Positions 1-10,260 are shown, counted from the stretch's first letter. The stretch: 64,000 nt of DNA from Clostridia bacterium (GCA_022793815.1 JAAWDP010000011.1:89457-153456), one strand, 5' to 3'. The notes: generated by a model not told the origin, from the letters alone. Numbers and translations: made by a program.

Positions 1-471
1 CGCGCCTCAACGCCGAAAGATTTTGCCGAAATGCCGATAGAGGAACTCGAAAGCCTTATCCGTTCTTGCGGATTCTATCATAACAAGGCTCGCAACATAA
101 AAAACATGAGTATCGATTTGCTGACCCGTTTCGGCGGAGAAGTGCCGAGCGGTTTCGACGACTTGCTTTCGCTGGCGGGCGTCGGCAGAAAAACGGCAAA
201 CGTGGTGAGCGGCGTCGCTTTCGGCGGCGACGGCATAGCGGTGGATACGCACGTTTTCAGGGTCAGCCGTCGGTTGGGGCTGTCCTCGGGTAAAACGCCT
301 TATGACGTGGAAAAGGATTTGACCGCGCAGATAGAGCCGCAAATGCGCAATCGGGCGCATCATCTGTTCATATTTCACGGACGCTACTGCTGTAAGTCGC
401 AGCGCCCCGAGTGCGGCAATTGCCCCGTAACCGAATACTGCGCTTCAATCGGCGGACGGGCGGAAGATTAG
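1..471 (+). CDS. nth: Endonuclease III (DNA glycosylase/AP lyase), 5' end cut by window edge
   Basis: The frame of ORF 31..471 is open from base 1. It has the helix-hairpin-helix motif LAGVGRKTANVV and the C-terminal cluster CKSQRPEC-GN-C-PVTEY-C (C-X6-C-X2-C-X5-C) typical of the Nth [4Fe-4S] loop. Confidence 0.9.
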   Translation, partial: RASTPKDFAEMPIEELESLIRSCGFYHNKARNIKNMSIDLLTRFGGEVPSGFDDLLSLAGVGRKTANVVSGVAFGGDGIAVDTHVFRVSRRLGLSSGKTPYDVEKDLTAQIEPQMRNRAHHLFIFHGRYCCKSQRPECGNCPVTEYCASIGGRAED

Positions 472-493
472 ATACATAAAGGAAAGGAGCGAC

Positions 494-1315
494 GTGCATA
501 CGATGTACGAAATAAAGAAAATAAGACCCCTCGCGCCGAACGTGCGAGAATATACGGTATATGCGCCCGTAGCGGCGCGCCATGCGAAAGCGGGACAGTT
601 TATCATACTGCGCGTCGACGAGCGCGGCGAGCGCGTCCCGTTCACCGTTTGCGACTACGACCGCGACGCGGGAACAATCACGCTGCTTATTCAGCAGGTG
701 GGCTATACGACCGACCTCATAGGTAAAATGAAAGAGGGCGACGCCTTTCACGATTTCGTCGGACCTCTCGGCAGGGCAACCGATTTGAGCGAATATAAAA
801 ATATCGTGCTTGTCGGCGGCGGCATAGGCACGGCGGTTATATATCCGCAGGCAAAACAGCTCGCAAGCGAGGGCAAAGCGGCGGACGTCATAGTCGGCGC
901 GAGAAATAAAGAGCTCATAATGTACGAGGACGAGTTCCGCGCCGCGGCGAGGGAATTGTATCTCACGACCGACGACGGCAGTTACGTGCGCAAGGGCTTT
1001 GTCACCGACGTGCTGAAAGAACTGCTGCCCGTGAAAAAATACGACTGCGTGTTTGCGGTCGGGCCCATGCCCATGATGCGCGCAGTATGCAACGTGACAA
1101 AAGAGTACGGAGTGCATACGGTAGTCAGCATGAATTCCATAATGGTGGACGGTACGGGAATGTGCGGCGGCTGCCGCGTCCGCGTCGGCGGAAAAATCAA
1201 GTATGCTTGCGTGGACGGACCCGAGTTCGACGGGCACGAGATAGATTGGGACGAATCGCTTTCCCGCCTGCGCGCCTATAAAGAACACGAAGACGCCTGC
1301 CGTCTGAGAAGATAG
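494..1315 (+). CDS. FAD/NAD(P)-binding ferredoxin-NADP reductase-like small subunit (NfnA / sulfide dehydrogenase-type partner of the next gene)
   Basis: GTG start 4 nt after AGGAG. It has the RVPFTV flavin-binding segment, the VGGGIGTA dinucleotide fold and the C-terminal GMCGGCRV...YACVDGPEF [2Fe-2S] Cys cluster. It lies directly upstream of a GltD-like subunit. Confidence 0.8.
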   Translation: MHTMYEIKKIRPLAPNVREYTVYAPVAARHAKAGQFIILRVDERGERVPFTVCDYDRDAGTITLLIQQVGYTTDLIGKMKEGDAFHDFVGPLGRATDLSEYKNIVLVGGGIGTAVIYPQAKQLASEGKAADVIVGARNKELIMYEDEFRAAARELYLTTDDGSYVRKGFVTDVLKELLPVKKYDCVFAVGPMPMMRAVCNVTKEYGVHTVVSMNSIMVDGTGMCGGCRVRVGGKIKYACVDGPEFDGHEIDWDESLSRLRAYKEHEDACRLRR

Positions 1316-1367
1316 AGAAAATTAAAAATCATTTTGATTGCGGCGTTATTTCGCCGCGGAGAAAAAT

Positions 1368-2756
1368 ATGGCAATCGAAAAGAAACCGAGAAACCAAATG
1401 CCCTGCCGCGAACCGAAGCAGCGCGCGCGCACTTTCGAAGAGGTAGCCCTCGGGTACGACCTCGAAACCGCCCGCGCCGAAGCGAGCCGCTGTCTTGGGT
1501 GTAAAAATCCGCTGTGCATGCAGGGGTGTCCCGTGGGCGTGCGCATACCCGAATTCCTTCACGCGGTCGCGGAAGGAAATATTCCTCTTGCCGGCAGAAT
1601 AATAAATTCGACCAATTCGCTGCCCGCGGTTTGCGGCAGGGTCTGTCCGCAGGAAAACCAGTGCGAAAAAATGTGCGTGCGCGCGAAAATAGACGCGCCC
1701 GTCGCAATAGGCAATGTCGAACGCTTTGTAGGCGACAGCATGCTTGAAAGCAAGCCGTCGGAAAATCCCGTCAAAAGCAAAGAGCGCGCAAAGCGCGTGG
1801 CAGTGGTAGGCAGCGGTCCGGCGTCGCTTACCTGTGCCGCGTCGCTGTCCGCGCTCGGCGCAAAAGTCTGCATTTTCGAGGCGTTCCATAAAGCCGGCGG
1901 AGTGCTTGTTTACGGAATCCCGGAGTTCAGACTTCCTAAAAAACTCGTCGAAAGCGAAATAGCCAAGCTCGCCGCAAGCGGAGTGGAAATCAATCTCAAC
2001 ACCGTAATAGGCAAGAGCGTCACAGTCGAAGAGCTTACTGAAAATTACGACGCCGTATTTATCGGTTCGGGCGCGGGACTTCCTCTGTTTCTCGGAATAG
2101 AGGGCGAGGGACTCAACGGCATAGTTTCCGCAAACGAATACCTCACGCGCGTCAACCTCATGAAAGCCTACGAAAAGGACAGCGCTACGCCCGTGCGCCG
2201 CGGCAATAACGTATGCATATTCGGAGCGGGCAACGTGGCTATGGACGCCGCGCGCACCGCTTTGAGACTCGGCGCGCAGAACGTCACCGTAGTGTACCGC
2301 CGCGGCAAAGAGGAAATGCCGGCGAGAAAAGAGGAGATACGCCACGCGGAAGAAGAGGGCGTGAAATTCGAACTGCTCAGCGCGCCCGTCGGATTTGTCG
2401 GCGACGGAAGCGGCAGCGTGCAAAAAGTCGTTTGCGAAAGAATGAAGCTTACCGAGCCCGACGCGGGCGGCAGACGCACGCCCGTGCGTATCGAGGGCAG
2501 CGAGTTCGAGATAGACTGCGACCTCGCCGTAATCGCGCTCGGCACGTCGCCCAATCCGCTCATAAAAAACAGTTTTCCCGCTCTCGAAGTGGGGGCGCGC
2601 GGTACGATAACCGTCGACGAAAACATGCAGACCAATATAGACAAAGTTTATGCCGGCGGCGACGCCGTAACCGGCGCGGCAACCGTAATCCTTGCCATGG
2701 GCGCGGGCAGAAAGGCGGCGGCGGCAATAGCAAAACGCCTCGGTTTGAAAGAATAA
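1368..2756 (+). CDS. NADPH-dependent glutamate synthase beta chain-like oxidoreductase (NfnB/GltD family)
   Basis: ATG at 1368 follows GGAG. It has two Fe-S Cys motifs (CLGCKNPLCMQGCP and CGRVCPQENQCEKMC) and two Rossmann motifs (VVGSGPASL and IFGAGNVAMD). The longer ORF from 1338 has no SD. Confidence 0.85.
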   Translation: MAIEKKPRNQMPCREPKQRARTFEEVALGYDLETARAEASRCLGCKNPLCMQGCPVGVRIPEFLHAVAEGNIPLAGRIINSTNSLPAVCGRVCPQENQCEKMCVRAKIDAPVAIGNVERFVGDSMLESKPSENPVKSKERAKRVAVVGSGPASLTCAASLSALGAKVCIFEAFHKAGGVLVYGIPEFRLPKKLVESEIAKLAASGVEINLNTVIGKSVTVEELTENYDAVFIGSGAGLPLFLGIEGEGLNGIVSANEYLTRVNLMKAYEKDSATPVRRGNNVCIFGAGNVAMDAARTALRLGAQNVTVVYRRGKEEMPARKEEIRHAEEEGVKFELLSAPVGFVGDGSGSVQKVVCERMKLTEPDAGGRRTPVRIEGSEFEIDCDLAVIALGTSPNPLIKNSFPALEVGARGTITVDENMQTNIDKVYAGGDAVTGAATVILAMGAGRKAAAAIAKRLGLKE

Positions 2757-2835
2757 GTACATACCGTGCGTGGCATAATACGGTATAAATCCCGTCAAAA
2801 CGGGCAAAAGCGCCGATTTATGCGAGGCATAGTAA

Positions 2836-4134
<1,299 letters not shown>

Positions 4135-4188
4135 CGCTTATCCCGTTCGGCGGAAAAACAACTCAAAACCCAAGGAGGTCATAAAATT

Positions 4189-5901
4189 ATGGCAGCTCAA
4201 AACATAAAGAACATTGCGCTCTTCGGCGGCAGTTTCGACCCCGTGACAAATGCGCACAAGGATATTGCGCAAAAGCTGTCCGAACGCTTCGATAAAGTTA
4301 TACTCATGCCGACGTTCGTTTCGCCGTTCAAAACGGGCAGCGCGCCGTCCGCAGACGGCGATATGCGCGTGCAGATGCTCAAAAAAGCCGTGAGAGGTCT
4401 GGACGGCGTAACGGTATCGCGTTACGAAATCAACCGCGGCGGAATAAGTTACACCGCCGACACAGTCGCTCACCTTAAAAAGAAGTACGGCTGCGACGAT
4501 ATACACGTGGTTATAGGCAGCGAAGAACTGGCGTTTCTCGATAAATGGCATAACGCCGAAACGCTCAAAGAAAGCGTATCGTTTTATGTGGTGGAACGCT
4601 TGGGCTTTACTCTCGATACGGAAACGGTTTTGACTATGGCGGACGAGGGTTGGAAAGTGCGTATCGCTCCGTTCGGAGTCGGCGACGCATCCAGCGCACA
4701 GGTGAAAATAGAACGCGCATTCGGCGGAGAAAAACTTCCCGTGCCGAAAAGCGTCGCAAAATATATCTTGAAGAACTCGCTTTACGGCGACTATAAGTAC
4801 ATCACCGACCGCTACGAAGAATTCGGGCTCAAAAAGGAGCGCATAGCGCATACGAAGCGCGTCGCGCTTTGCGCCGTGAAACTTGCCAAGCGCTTCGGCG
4901 TCTGCGTGAGCGACGCTCTTACTGCTTCTCTGCTGCACGACATAGGCAAGGAAACCGACGCCGAAATGCTGAAACGCGACGGCTTGCCCGTTCCCGACGG
5001 TATAGACGGTATGCCCGAGAAAATCCGCCATGCCGCCGTCGGCGCGGTTATCGCGGAACATAAATTCGGCGTGAAAGACAAAGAAATTCTCGATGCCGTG
5101 CGCTTGCATACAACGGGCGACAAGGCCATGAGTCCGCTTGCCATGACCGTCTTTCTCGCGGATTGTGCGGAAGAGGGCAGAGAATACGACGGAGCGGAAA
5201 AAGTCCGTATCGCCGTGCGCGAGAGTCTCGAAAAGGGCATGGAAGTTGCGCTTTCGCGTGAAATAGAACATCTTAAAGCCGACGGCGGCGAGATTTATCC
5301 GCTCACCGTAAAGGCGTACAACTACTATAAAAAACTCGATAAAAAAGGCAAGCCGAGCGTGAAAACGGCGTCGGAAAAACCGAAAAAGACTGCGCAAAAG
5401 CAAAGCGCCCCCGAAAAAGAAAAGGACGCAAAACAGGAAAAAACGGTAAAGTCCGAAAATAAAAAAGAGGATAAGAAGGAAAAGACGGTTGCCTCAGCCG
5501 CGACCGTAAAGGCTCCCGAACACGAAAAACCCAAGCCCGAATCCGATAAAACCAAAGAGCTTTCGCATGCGCTTGCAAGAGAGATAGGCGGCTATCTTTC
5601 GGAAAAGCGCGCTACTGACATAGACCTTATCGACGTTGCGGACAGAACGGTCATAACCGATTATTTCGTCATAGCAAGCGCGTCGTCCGCCACTCAGGTG
5701 CGTGCGCTCGCCGATTACGTAGACGAAAAGCTTTCCAAGGGCAAGGGACTCGAACCTCTTCACCGCGACAGCAATCCGCAGTGGTACGCCGTCGACTACG
5801 GCAATGTCATAGTTCATATTTTCTTGAAGTCCGTCCGCGAGGTGTACTGCCTCGAAAGACTTTGGTCGGACGGCGACAATATCGAAAGGATAGAAGACTG
5901 A
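4189..5901 (+). CDS. nadD: Fusion protein: nicotinate-nucleotide adenylyltransferase (NadD) + HD-domain YqeK (Ap4A hydrolase family) + Lys/Glu-rich linker + ribosome silencing factor RsfS
   Basis: A single uninterrupted ORF after GGAGG. The NadD part (about 4189-4790) has GGSFDPVTNAH. The HD part (about 4800-5330) has RIAHTKRV...LLHDIGKE. A KKxEK low-complexity stretch covers about 5340-5555. The RsfS part (about 5555-5898) has DYFVIASASS...YGNVIVHIF...LERLW. Confidence 0.85.
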   Translation: MAAQNIKNIALFGGSFDPVTNAHKDIAQKLSERFDKVILMPTFVSPFKTGSAPSADGDMRVQMLKKAVRGLDGVTVSRYEINRGGISYTADTVAHLKKKYGCDDIHVVIGSEELAFLDKWHNAETLKESVSFYVVERLGFTLDTETVLTMADEGWKVRIAPFGVGDASSAQVKIERAFGGEKLPVPKSVAKYILKNSLYGDYKYITDRYEEFGLKKERIAHTKRVALCAVKLAKRFGVCVSDALTASLLHDIGKETDAEMLKRDGLPVPDGIDGMPEKIRHAAVGAVIAEHKFGVKDKEILDAVRLHTTGDKAMSPLAMTVFLADCAEEGREYDGAEKVRIAVRESLEKGMEVALSREIEHLKADGGEIYPLTVKAYNYYKKLDKKGKPSVKTASEKPKKTAQKQSAPEKEKDAKQEKTVKSENKKEDKKEKTVASAATVKAPEHEKPKPESDKTKELSHALAREIGGYLSEKRATDIDLIDVADRTVITDYFVIASASSATQVRALADYVDEKLSKGKGLEPLHRDSNPQWYAVDYGNVIVHIFLKSVREVYCLERLWSDGDNIERIED

Positions 5902-5902
5902 T

Positions 5903-6775
5903 ATGCAGTGGGAAATCGAAATTATCCGCGCTTTGCAGAAACTTTCATGCGGTTTTTTCGACGCGCTGAATATCGCGCTCACACAGTTAGGCGACGAAAT
6001 ATTTTTCATGGCGGTCGCGGTTTTGCTGTACTGGTGTTTCGATAAAAAATTCGCCTATAAATTTATGAACGTCTACTTGTTTTCGGTTGCCGTAAACGAG
6101 GGGATAAAGACGCTGGTCGGCCGCCGCCGCCCGTATACGGTCGAAGGCGTAAGGTCGATAGGCAATCCCACGTCGGGCGCGTCGTTTCCGTCGGGGCACA
6201 GCCAAAGCATAGCGTGTATTTCCGCACAGATAAACATAAAATACCGCGAAGGCGTTTTGAAAAAGATTTTTCTTCCCGTCGGCATAGCTCTTACCGCTTT
6301 GGTCATGTTCACGCGCATATACCTCGGTCAGCATTACCTTACCGATACGATAGTCGGCTGTGCGCTCGGAATCGCGCTTGCGTTCGTGTTTTCATTCTTG
6401 TTCGATTTGCTCGGCGATAAGGAGGAATGGCTGATATTCGCCGCGCCTCTGTGTTTGGCTGCCGCCGTAATACTGGGCGCGCTCGGCGTGGAAAACGTCG
6501 GCAACGTCATGACCGTGCTCGGAGCATACACGGCGATAACCGTCGGATATTTTTTGGAAAAGAAGTTCGTGCGTTATAAGCACGGCAAAAGCAAGTGGTG
6601 GAAGCAAATCATAAAAGTCGCGGTGGGACTTGTCACCGTGCTCGCACTGAAAGAGGGACTCAAATTCGCATTCGACCCCGAGCAGTATCTTCTGTATAAC
6701 TATCTCCGCTATTTCATCGTCGGACTTTGGGCGTCCGTCGGCTGTATGACCTTATTCAAGCTGTGTCGGCTTTAA
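5903..6775 (+). CDS. PAP2-family membrane phosphatase (undecaprenyl-diphosphate / phosphatidate phosphatase type)
   Basis: All three acid phosphatase motifs are present: KTLVGRRRP, FPSGHS and TRIYLGQHYLTD. The protein is polytopic and hydrophobic. Its start overlaps the stop region of the upstream gene. Confidence 0.8.
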   Translation: MQWEIEIIRALQKLSCGFFDALNIALTQLGDEIFFMAVAVLLYWCFDKKFAYKFMNVYLFSVAVNEGIKTLVGRRRPYTVEGVRSIGNPTSGASFPSGHSQSIACISAQINIKYREGVLKKIFLPVGIALTALVMFTRIYLGQHYLTDTIVGCALGIALAFVFSFLFDLLGDKEEWLIFAAPLCLAAAVILGALGVENVGNVMTVLGAYTAITVGYFLEKKFVRYKHGKSKWWKQIIKVAVGLVTVLALKEGLKFAFDPEQYLLYNYLRYFIVGLWASVGCMTLFKLCRL

Positions 6776-6810
6776 AGCGGCGTCGCAGTGAAAATTCTTG
6801 TATTAAACGC

Positions 6811-6840
6811 TTGACTTTTACTCTTTTTCGGTATTATACT
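6811..6840 (+). promoter_or_regulatory. Putative sigma-A promoter of the FMN riboswitch-ribU unit
   Basis: TTGACT (6811-6816), an 18-nt spacer, then TATACT (6835-6840), directly upstream of the riboswitch P1 stem. Confidence 0.5.
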
Positions 6841-6847
6841 TAACTCG

Positions 6848-6963
6848 CAACTTAGGGGCGGAGCGCAATTCTCCACCGGCGGTAAAGTCCGCGAACAGCC
6901 TTTACGGGCTGCCGATAAGGTGAAATTCCTTGACCGACCGTACAGTCGGGATGATATAAGTTG
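6848..6963 (+). promoter_or_regulatory. FMN riboswitch (RFN element) aptamer
   Basis: It matches the conserved RFN core: AGGGGCGGAGCGCAATTCTCCACCGGCGGTAAAGTCCGCGA...GGTGAAATTCC...GACCGACCGTACAGTCGGGATG. The closing P1 stem is CAACTTA/TAAGTTG. A riboflavin transporter-type gene follows. Confidence 0.85.
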
Positions 6964-7028
6964 ATTATTCGTTTTTTCAAACGCATTTTTCACGCCCCTT
7001 TTACTATCTGAAAGGAGCGTGTTTTTTT

Positions 7029-7664
7029 ATGGACGAAACAAGACAAGAAGAAAACGCGGCAGCCGAACCCGCTGCGGCGGAGCAGGCGCAAACCGTAAAC
7101 AAAGAGAAGAAAGTAAAGTTTTTCACGACGCGCACAATGGCGGTGCTCGCGGTGCTCACTGCTGTCGGCTACGGACTCAGTTGGCTGGAATTTCCGCTGT
7201 TTCCCGCCGCGCCGTTTTTGAAACTCGATTTTTCGACGTTCGCCACGCTGTTCGGCGGCTACATGTTCGGACCCGTCGGCGCGCTCGTCATCGAGGGTAT
7301 AAAACAGCTCATTATTTGGGGTACGAAATCAAGTACGGGCGGCGTGGGAGAAATTGCGAATTTTCTCATGGCGACGGCATTCGTTATTGCGCCCACATTG
7401 CTGTACCGTTTCAAGAAGGGCAGAGGCTGGGTTGCTGTCGGACTTGCCGCGGGCTGCGTTTGTCAGGTCGGCGCGTCGCTGCTTTGCAACCGCTACATAA
7501 ATTTTCCTCTGTTCATGGGCGCGGGCGCAGGCGACTATTTCGCTTCGCTTTGGGGCTACGTTCTCGCATTCAACGCAATAAAATCCGTTGCGATATCCCT
7601 GCTCGTATTTCTGCTTTATAAAAAACTGTCGTTTCTTCTCAAAAACTATTTCCTTTGCAGATAG
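7029..7664 (+). CDS. ribU: ECF-transporter S component, riboflavin-specific type (RibU-like)
   Basis: A small polytopic membrane protein with an ECF-S-like pattern (LKLDFSTFATLFGGYMFGP...EGIKQLI). It is placed directly behind an FMN riboswitch. Confidence 0.75.
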   Translation: MDETRQEENAAAEPAAAEQAQTVNKEKKVKFFTTRTMAVLAVLTAVGYGLSWLEFPLFPAAPFLKLDFSTFATLFGGYMFGPVGALVIEGIKQLIIWGTKSSTGGVGEIANFLMATAFVIAPTLLYRFKKGRGWVAVGLAAGCVCQVGASLLCNRYINFPLFMGAGAGDYFASLWGYVLAFNAIKSVAISLLVFLLYKKLSFLLKNYFLCR

Positions 7665-7742
7665 CCGCGTTTCGCTTTTTTCGGTCGTTTCGAAACGCAC
7701 GCACTCGTGCGAACGTCAATACCGTAAAGCATGCCCAAACGC

Positions 7743-7771
7743 TTGCCGATTTTTCCTCTTTGTAGTATAAT
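7743..7771 (+). promoter_or_regulatory. Putative sigma-A promoter ending 6 nt before the tsaE ATG
   Basis: TTGCCG (7743-7748), a 17-nt spacer, then TATAAT (7766-7771). The ATG is at 7778 and there is no purine-rich SD in between. Confidence 0.5.
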
Positions 7772-7777
7772 ATAAAC

Positions 7778-8194
7778 ATGAAATTCTTTTCACATTCCGC
7801 GCGGGATACTTTCGGTTTCGCAAAGGACTTTTCTCGCACTCTCGAAGGCGGCGAAATAATAACGCTGTCGGGCGAGCTTGGCGTCGGCAAAAGCGTGTTC
7901 GCCAAAGGTCTTTGCTTCGGACTCGGCGTAAAAGACGACGTTTTAAGTCCCACTTTTACCATTATGAACGACTACCGCGGCGATAAGTTCACGGTCTGCC
8001 ACTATGACGCATACCGCCTTTCAAGCGGCGAGGAAGCGTATTTCGGCGGTCTTACGGACTATTTCGGACAAAAGGATACCGTATGCGTGATTGAATGGGC
8101 GGAAAACATCGCGTCCGCGCTCACGAATTTCAAACTTATAAACGTCACGCTTAAACGTGTCGGCGACGAGGAAAGGGAGATAGAAATACAGTGA
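7778..8194 (+). CDS. tsaE: tRNA t6A37 biosynthesis ATPase TsaE
   Basis: Walker A motif GELGVGKS and the HYDAYRL motif. Size is typical at 138 aa. An in-frame TAG at 7763 excludes an upstream start. Confidence 0.85.
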   Translation: MKFFSHSARDTFGFAKDFSRTLEGGEIITLSGELGVGKSVFAKGLCFGLGVKDDVLSPTFTIMNDYRGDKFTVCHYDAYRLSSGEEAYFGGLTDYFGQKDTVCVIEWAENIASALTNFKLINVTLKRVGDEEREIEIQ

Positions 8195-8481
8195 CATCGA
8201 AAGAGAGAGCAAAACTGCGTTCGCTTGCCGCAAACGAAAACGCCCTGTTTCAAGTGGGTAAGGGCGGAATAAGCGACGAACTTGTCAAAGGCATAGGCGA
8301 GGCGCTCGATAAGCGCGAGCTCGTCAAAATCAGCGCGCTCAAAACCTGCCCTTACGAGCCCGAAGAGCTTTTGGCTCTGCTCGCCGAAAAACTCGGCGCA
8401 CAAAGCGTAGCCGTCACGGGCAGTAAACTGGTTTTGTACAGACGCAGTCAGGTCAAAGGAGCGGCGCATATACAGCTATGA
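8191..8481 (+). CDS. yhbY: YhbY/CRS1-family RNA-binding protein (ribosome assembly)
   Basis: The pattern LRSLA...FQVGKGGISDELVKGIGEALDKRELVKI is characteristic of YhbY. The GTG start overlaps the tsaE stop (GTGA). Confidence 0.8.
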   Translation: MTSKERAKLRSLAANENALFQVGKGGISDELVKGIGEALDKRELVKISALKTCPYEPEELLALLAEKLGAQSVAVTGSKLVLYRRSQVKGAAHIQL

Positions 8482-9104
8482 AATATTTGTGTATCGACAC
8501 TTGCGGCGCATATACGGCGGTTGCCGCGGTGAACGGAACAAATAAGGTGTACGACAGCGACCCCGCCCGCGCAGGCGGCGCGCTCATGCCCATGCTCGAC
8601 GCCGCGCTCGGCAAAGTTTCGCTCGGTATAAACGATTTGGACTTTATCGCCGTTGCCGTCGGACCGGGTTCGTTTACCGGCGTGCGTATCGGCGTCACTA
8701 CCGCGCGTTCGCTCGCTTACGCGCTCTCCGTTCCAGTCGTTGCGGTAAACACCTGCCTTCTCGCCGCATATAATAGTAGGAACGCCGTGCGTGCGGATAA
8801 AACGGTAACGCTGTCCGACGCGGGCAACGGCTACTTTTTCGCGGCGGTCTATCGGGATTTGAAAGAAACGCTCGCCCCGTGCTGTCTGACCGCGGACGAA
8901 TGTAAAACGCTTTTGAAAGAGCACGACGGATTTTTTGTGGCTGCCGACGAAGCCGCGGCAAAAGCGTTCGGCGTCGAACCGACAAGCGGCGATGCGATAA
9001 TCGAGGTTGCGCTCGAAAAATATCTCCGCGGCGAAACAACGGACTACGCGAAAATCGAGCCGCTGTACATAAGGCTTTCCCAAGCGGAGAAGAACGCGAA
9101 ATGA
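8478..9104 (+). CDS. tsaB: tRNA t6A37 biosynthesis protein TsaB
   Basis: The FIAVAVGPGSFTGVRIGVTTARSLAYAL motif of the YeaZ/TsaB family. The start overlaps the yhbY stop (ATGA). Confidence 0.85.
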   Translation: MKYLCIDTCGAYTAVAAVNGTNKVYDSDPARAGGALMPMLDAALGKVSLGINDLDFIAVAVGPGSFTGVRIGVTTARSLAYALSVPVVAVNTCLLAAYNSRNAVRADKTVTLSDAGNGYFFAAVYRDLKETLAPCCLTADECKTLLKEHDGFFVAADEAAAKAFGVEPTSGDAIIEVALEKYLRGETTDYAKIEPLYIRLSQAEKNAK

Positions 9105-9559
9105 AAGCAGTGATGTGCACCGCCGACGATTCGGAAGAGATAGCCGCTCTCGAAAAGGCGGTGATTTCCGTGCCGTGGAGCGAACGCGATATAAAATACG
9201 CTCTCGAAGGAAACGACGGATACGCGGTGTTCAAAGTCGTGAACGGCGCAAATCGGCTCATGGGTTACGGCGGAGTAAAGATTGCGGCGGGCGAGGGCGA
9301 AATAATGAACGTCGCCGTCAGACCCGAATACAGGCGAAAGGGCGTCGGACGCCTAATCGTCGAAAAAATAATCGCTCACTGCGCCGAAAACGGCGTAAAG
9401 AAGATATGGCTCGAAGTTTACGAAAAAAATCTTCCCGCCGTATCGCTGTACACCTGTTGCGGATTTTCCGCGGCATACGCAAGAAAGAACTATTATAAAG
9501 AGGGCGACGCTCTCATAATGTCTTGCGAGGTGTCATGTACAGGGTCTGTAAAGGAGTAA
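9101..9559 (+). CDS. rimI: Ribosomal-protein-alanine N-acetyltransferase (GNAT)
   Basis: GNAT acetyl-CoA motif NVAVRPEYRRKGVGRLI. It holds the conserved position after tsaB, and its start overlaps the tsaB stop. Confidence 0.8.
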   Translation: MKAVMCTADDSEEIAALEKAVISVPWSERDIKYALEGNDGYAVFKVVNGANRLMGYGGVKIAAGEGEIMNVAVRPEYRRKGVGRLIVEKIIAHCAENGVKKIWLEVYEKNLPAVSLYTCCGFSAAYARKNYYKEGDALIMSCEVSCTGSVKE

Positions 9560-10260
9560 AGGTCTGCTATCGGTACGACAAGAGCGACGAAAGCGACGAA
9601 GCCGTGGTGTTTCTGCACGGGTGGGGCACCGACATGTCGGCTTTCGCAGGCGCAGTCCGCGCAATGAAAAACTCAGGCAAAAACGTGCTTGCGCTTGACT
9701 TTCCGGGCTTCGGAAAATCCGATAAACCGCCGTCGGACTGGGGCGTGTACGACTATGCCGCCTGCACGGACGAACTCATAACTTCGCTCGGTATAAAACG
9801 CGCCGTGCTCGTTGGGCACAGTTTCGGCGGACGGATATGTTTGATACTGTCGGCGCGCAGTTATGCGGAAAAACTCGTGCTTGTTTCGGCAGCGGGACTG
9901 AAACCGCGTTTCAATCTTATCAAGTGGTTTAAAATACGCTGGTACAAATTGAAAAAGCGGCTGGGGATAGCATATCCCAAAGGCGGAAGCGGCGATTACC
10001 GCGCACTCGACAAAAGCATGCGTTCGGTGTTTGTCCGCGTAGTAAACACACATCTGGATAAAACGCTCGACTCTGTCAGTCAGCCGACCCTCATAGTATG
10101 GGGCAAGTCGGACAAAGAAACGCCGCTTTACATGGCAAAGCGTTTCAGACGCAAAATCAGGGACAGCGCGCTCATACTGCTCGGAGGCGGACATTTCGCT
10201 TACGCCTACCGGAGCGAAAAATTTCATGCGGTACTTCGCGCTTTCGTGCTCGGACCGTAA
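9535..10260 (+). CDS. Alpha/beta-fold hydrolase
   Basis: VVFLHGWG oxyanion region and GHSFGG nucleophile elbow. The start is ambiguous: TTG 9523 or ATG 9535. Both overlap the rimI 3' end. Confidence 0.75.
   Translation: MYRVCKGVKVCYRYDKSDESDEAVVFLHGWGTDMSAFAGAVRAMKNSGKNVLALDFPGFGKSDKPPSDWGVYDYAACTDELITSLGIKRAVLVGHSFGGRICLILSARSYAEKLVLVSAAGLKPRFNLIKWFKIRWYKLKKRLGIAYPKGGSGDYRALDKSMRSVFVRVVNTHLDKTLDSVSQPTLIVWGKSDKETPLYMAKRFRRKIRDSALILLGGGHFAYAYRSEKFHAVLRAFVLGP

Noticed and set aside
5340-5555. Repetitive AAA/GAA-rich DNA that might be a tandem repeat or CRISPR-like array
   Set aside because: It is in frame inside the fused ORF and encodes the Lys/Glu-rich linker. It has no regular repeat-spacer periodicity.
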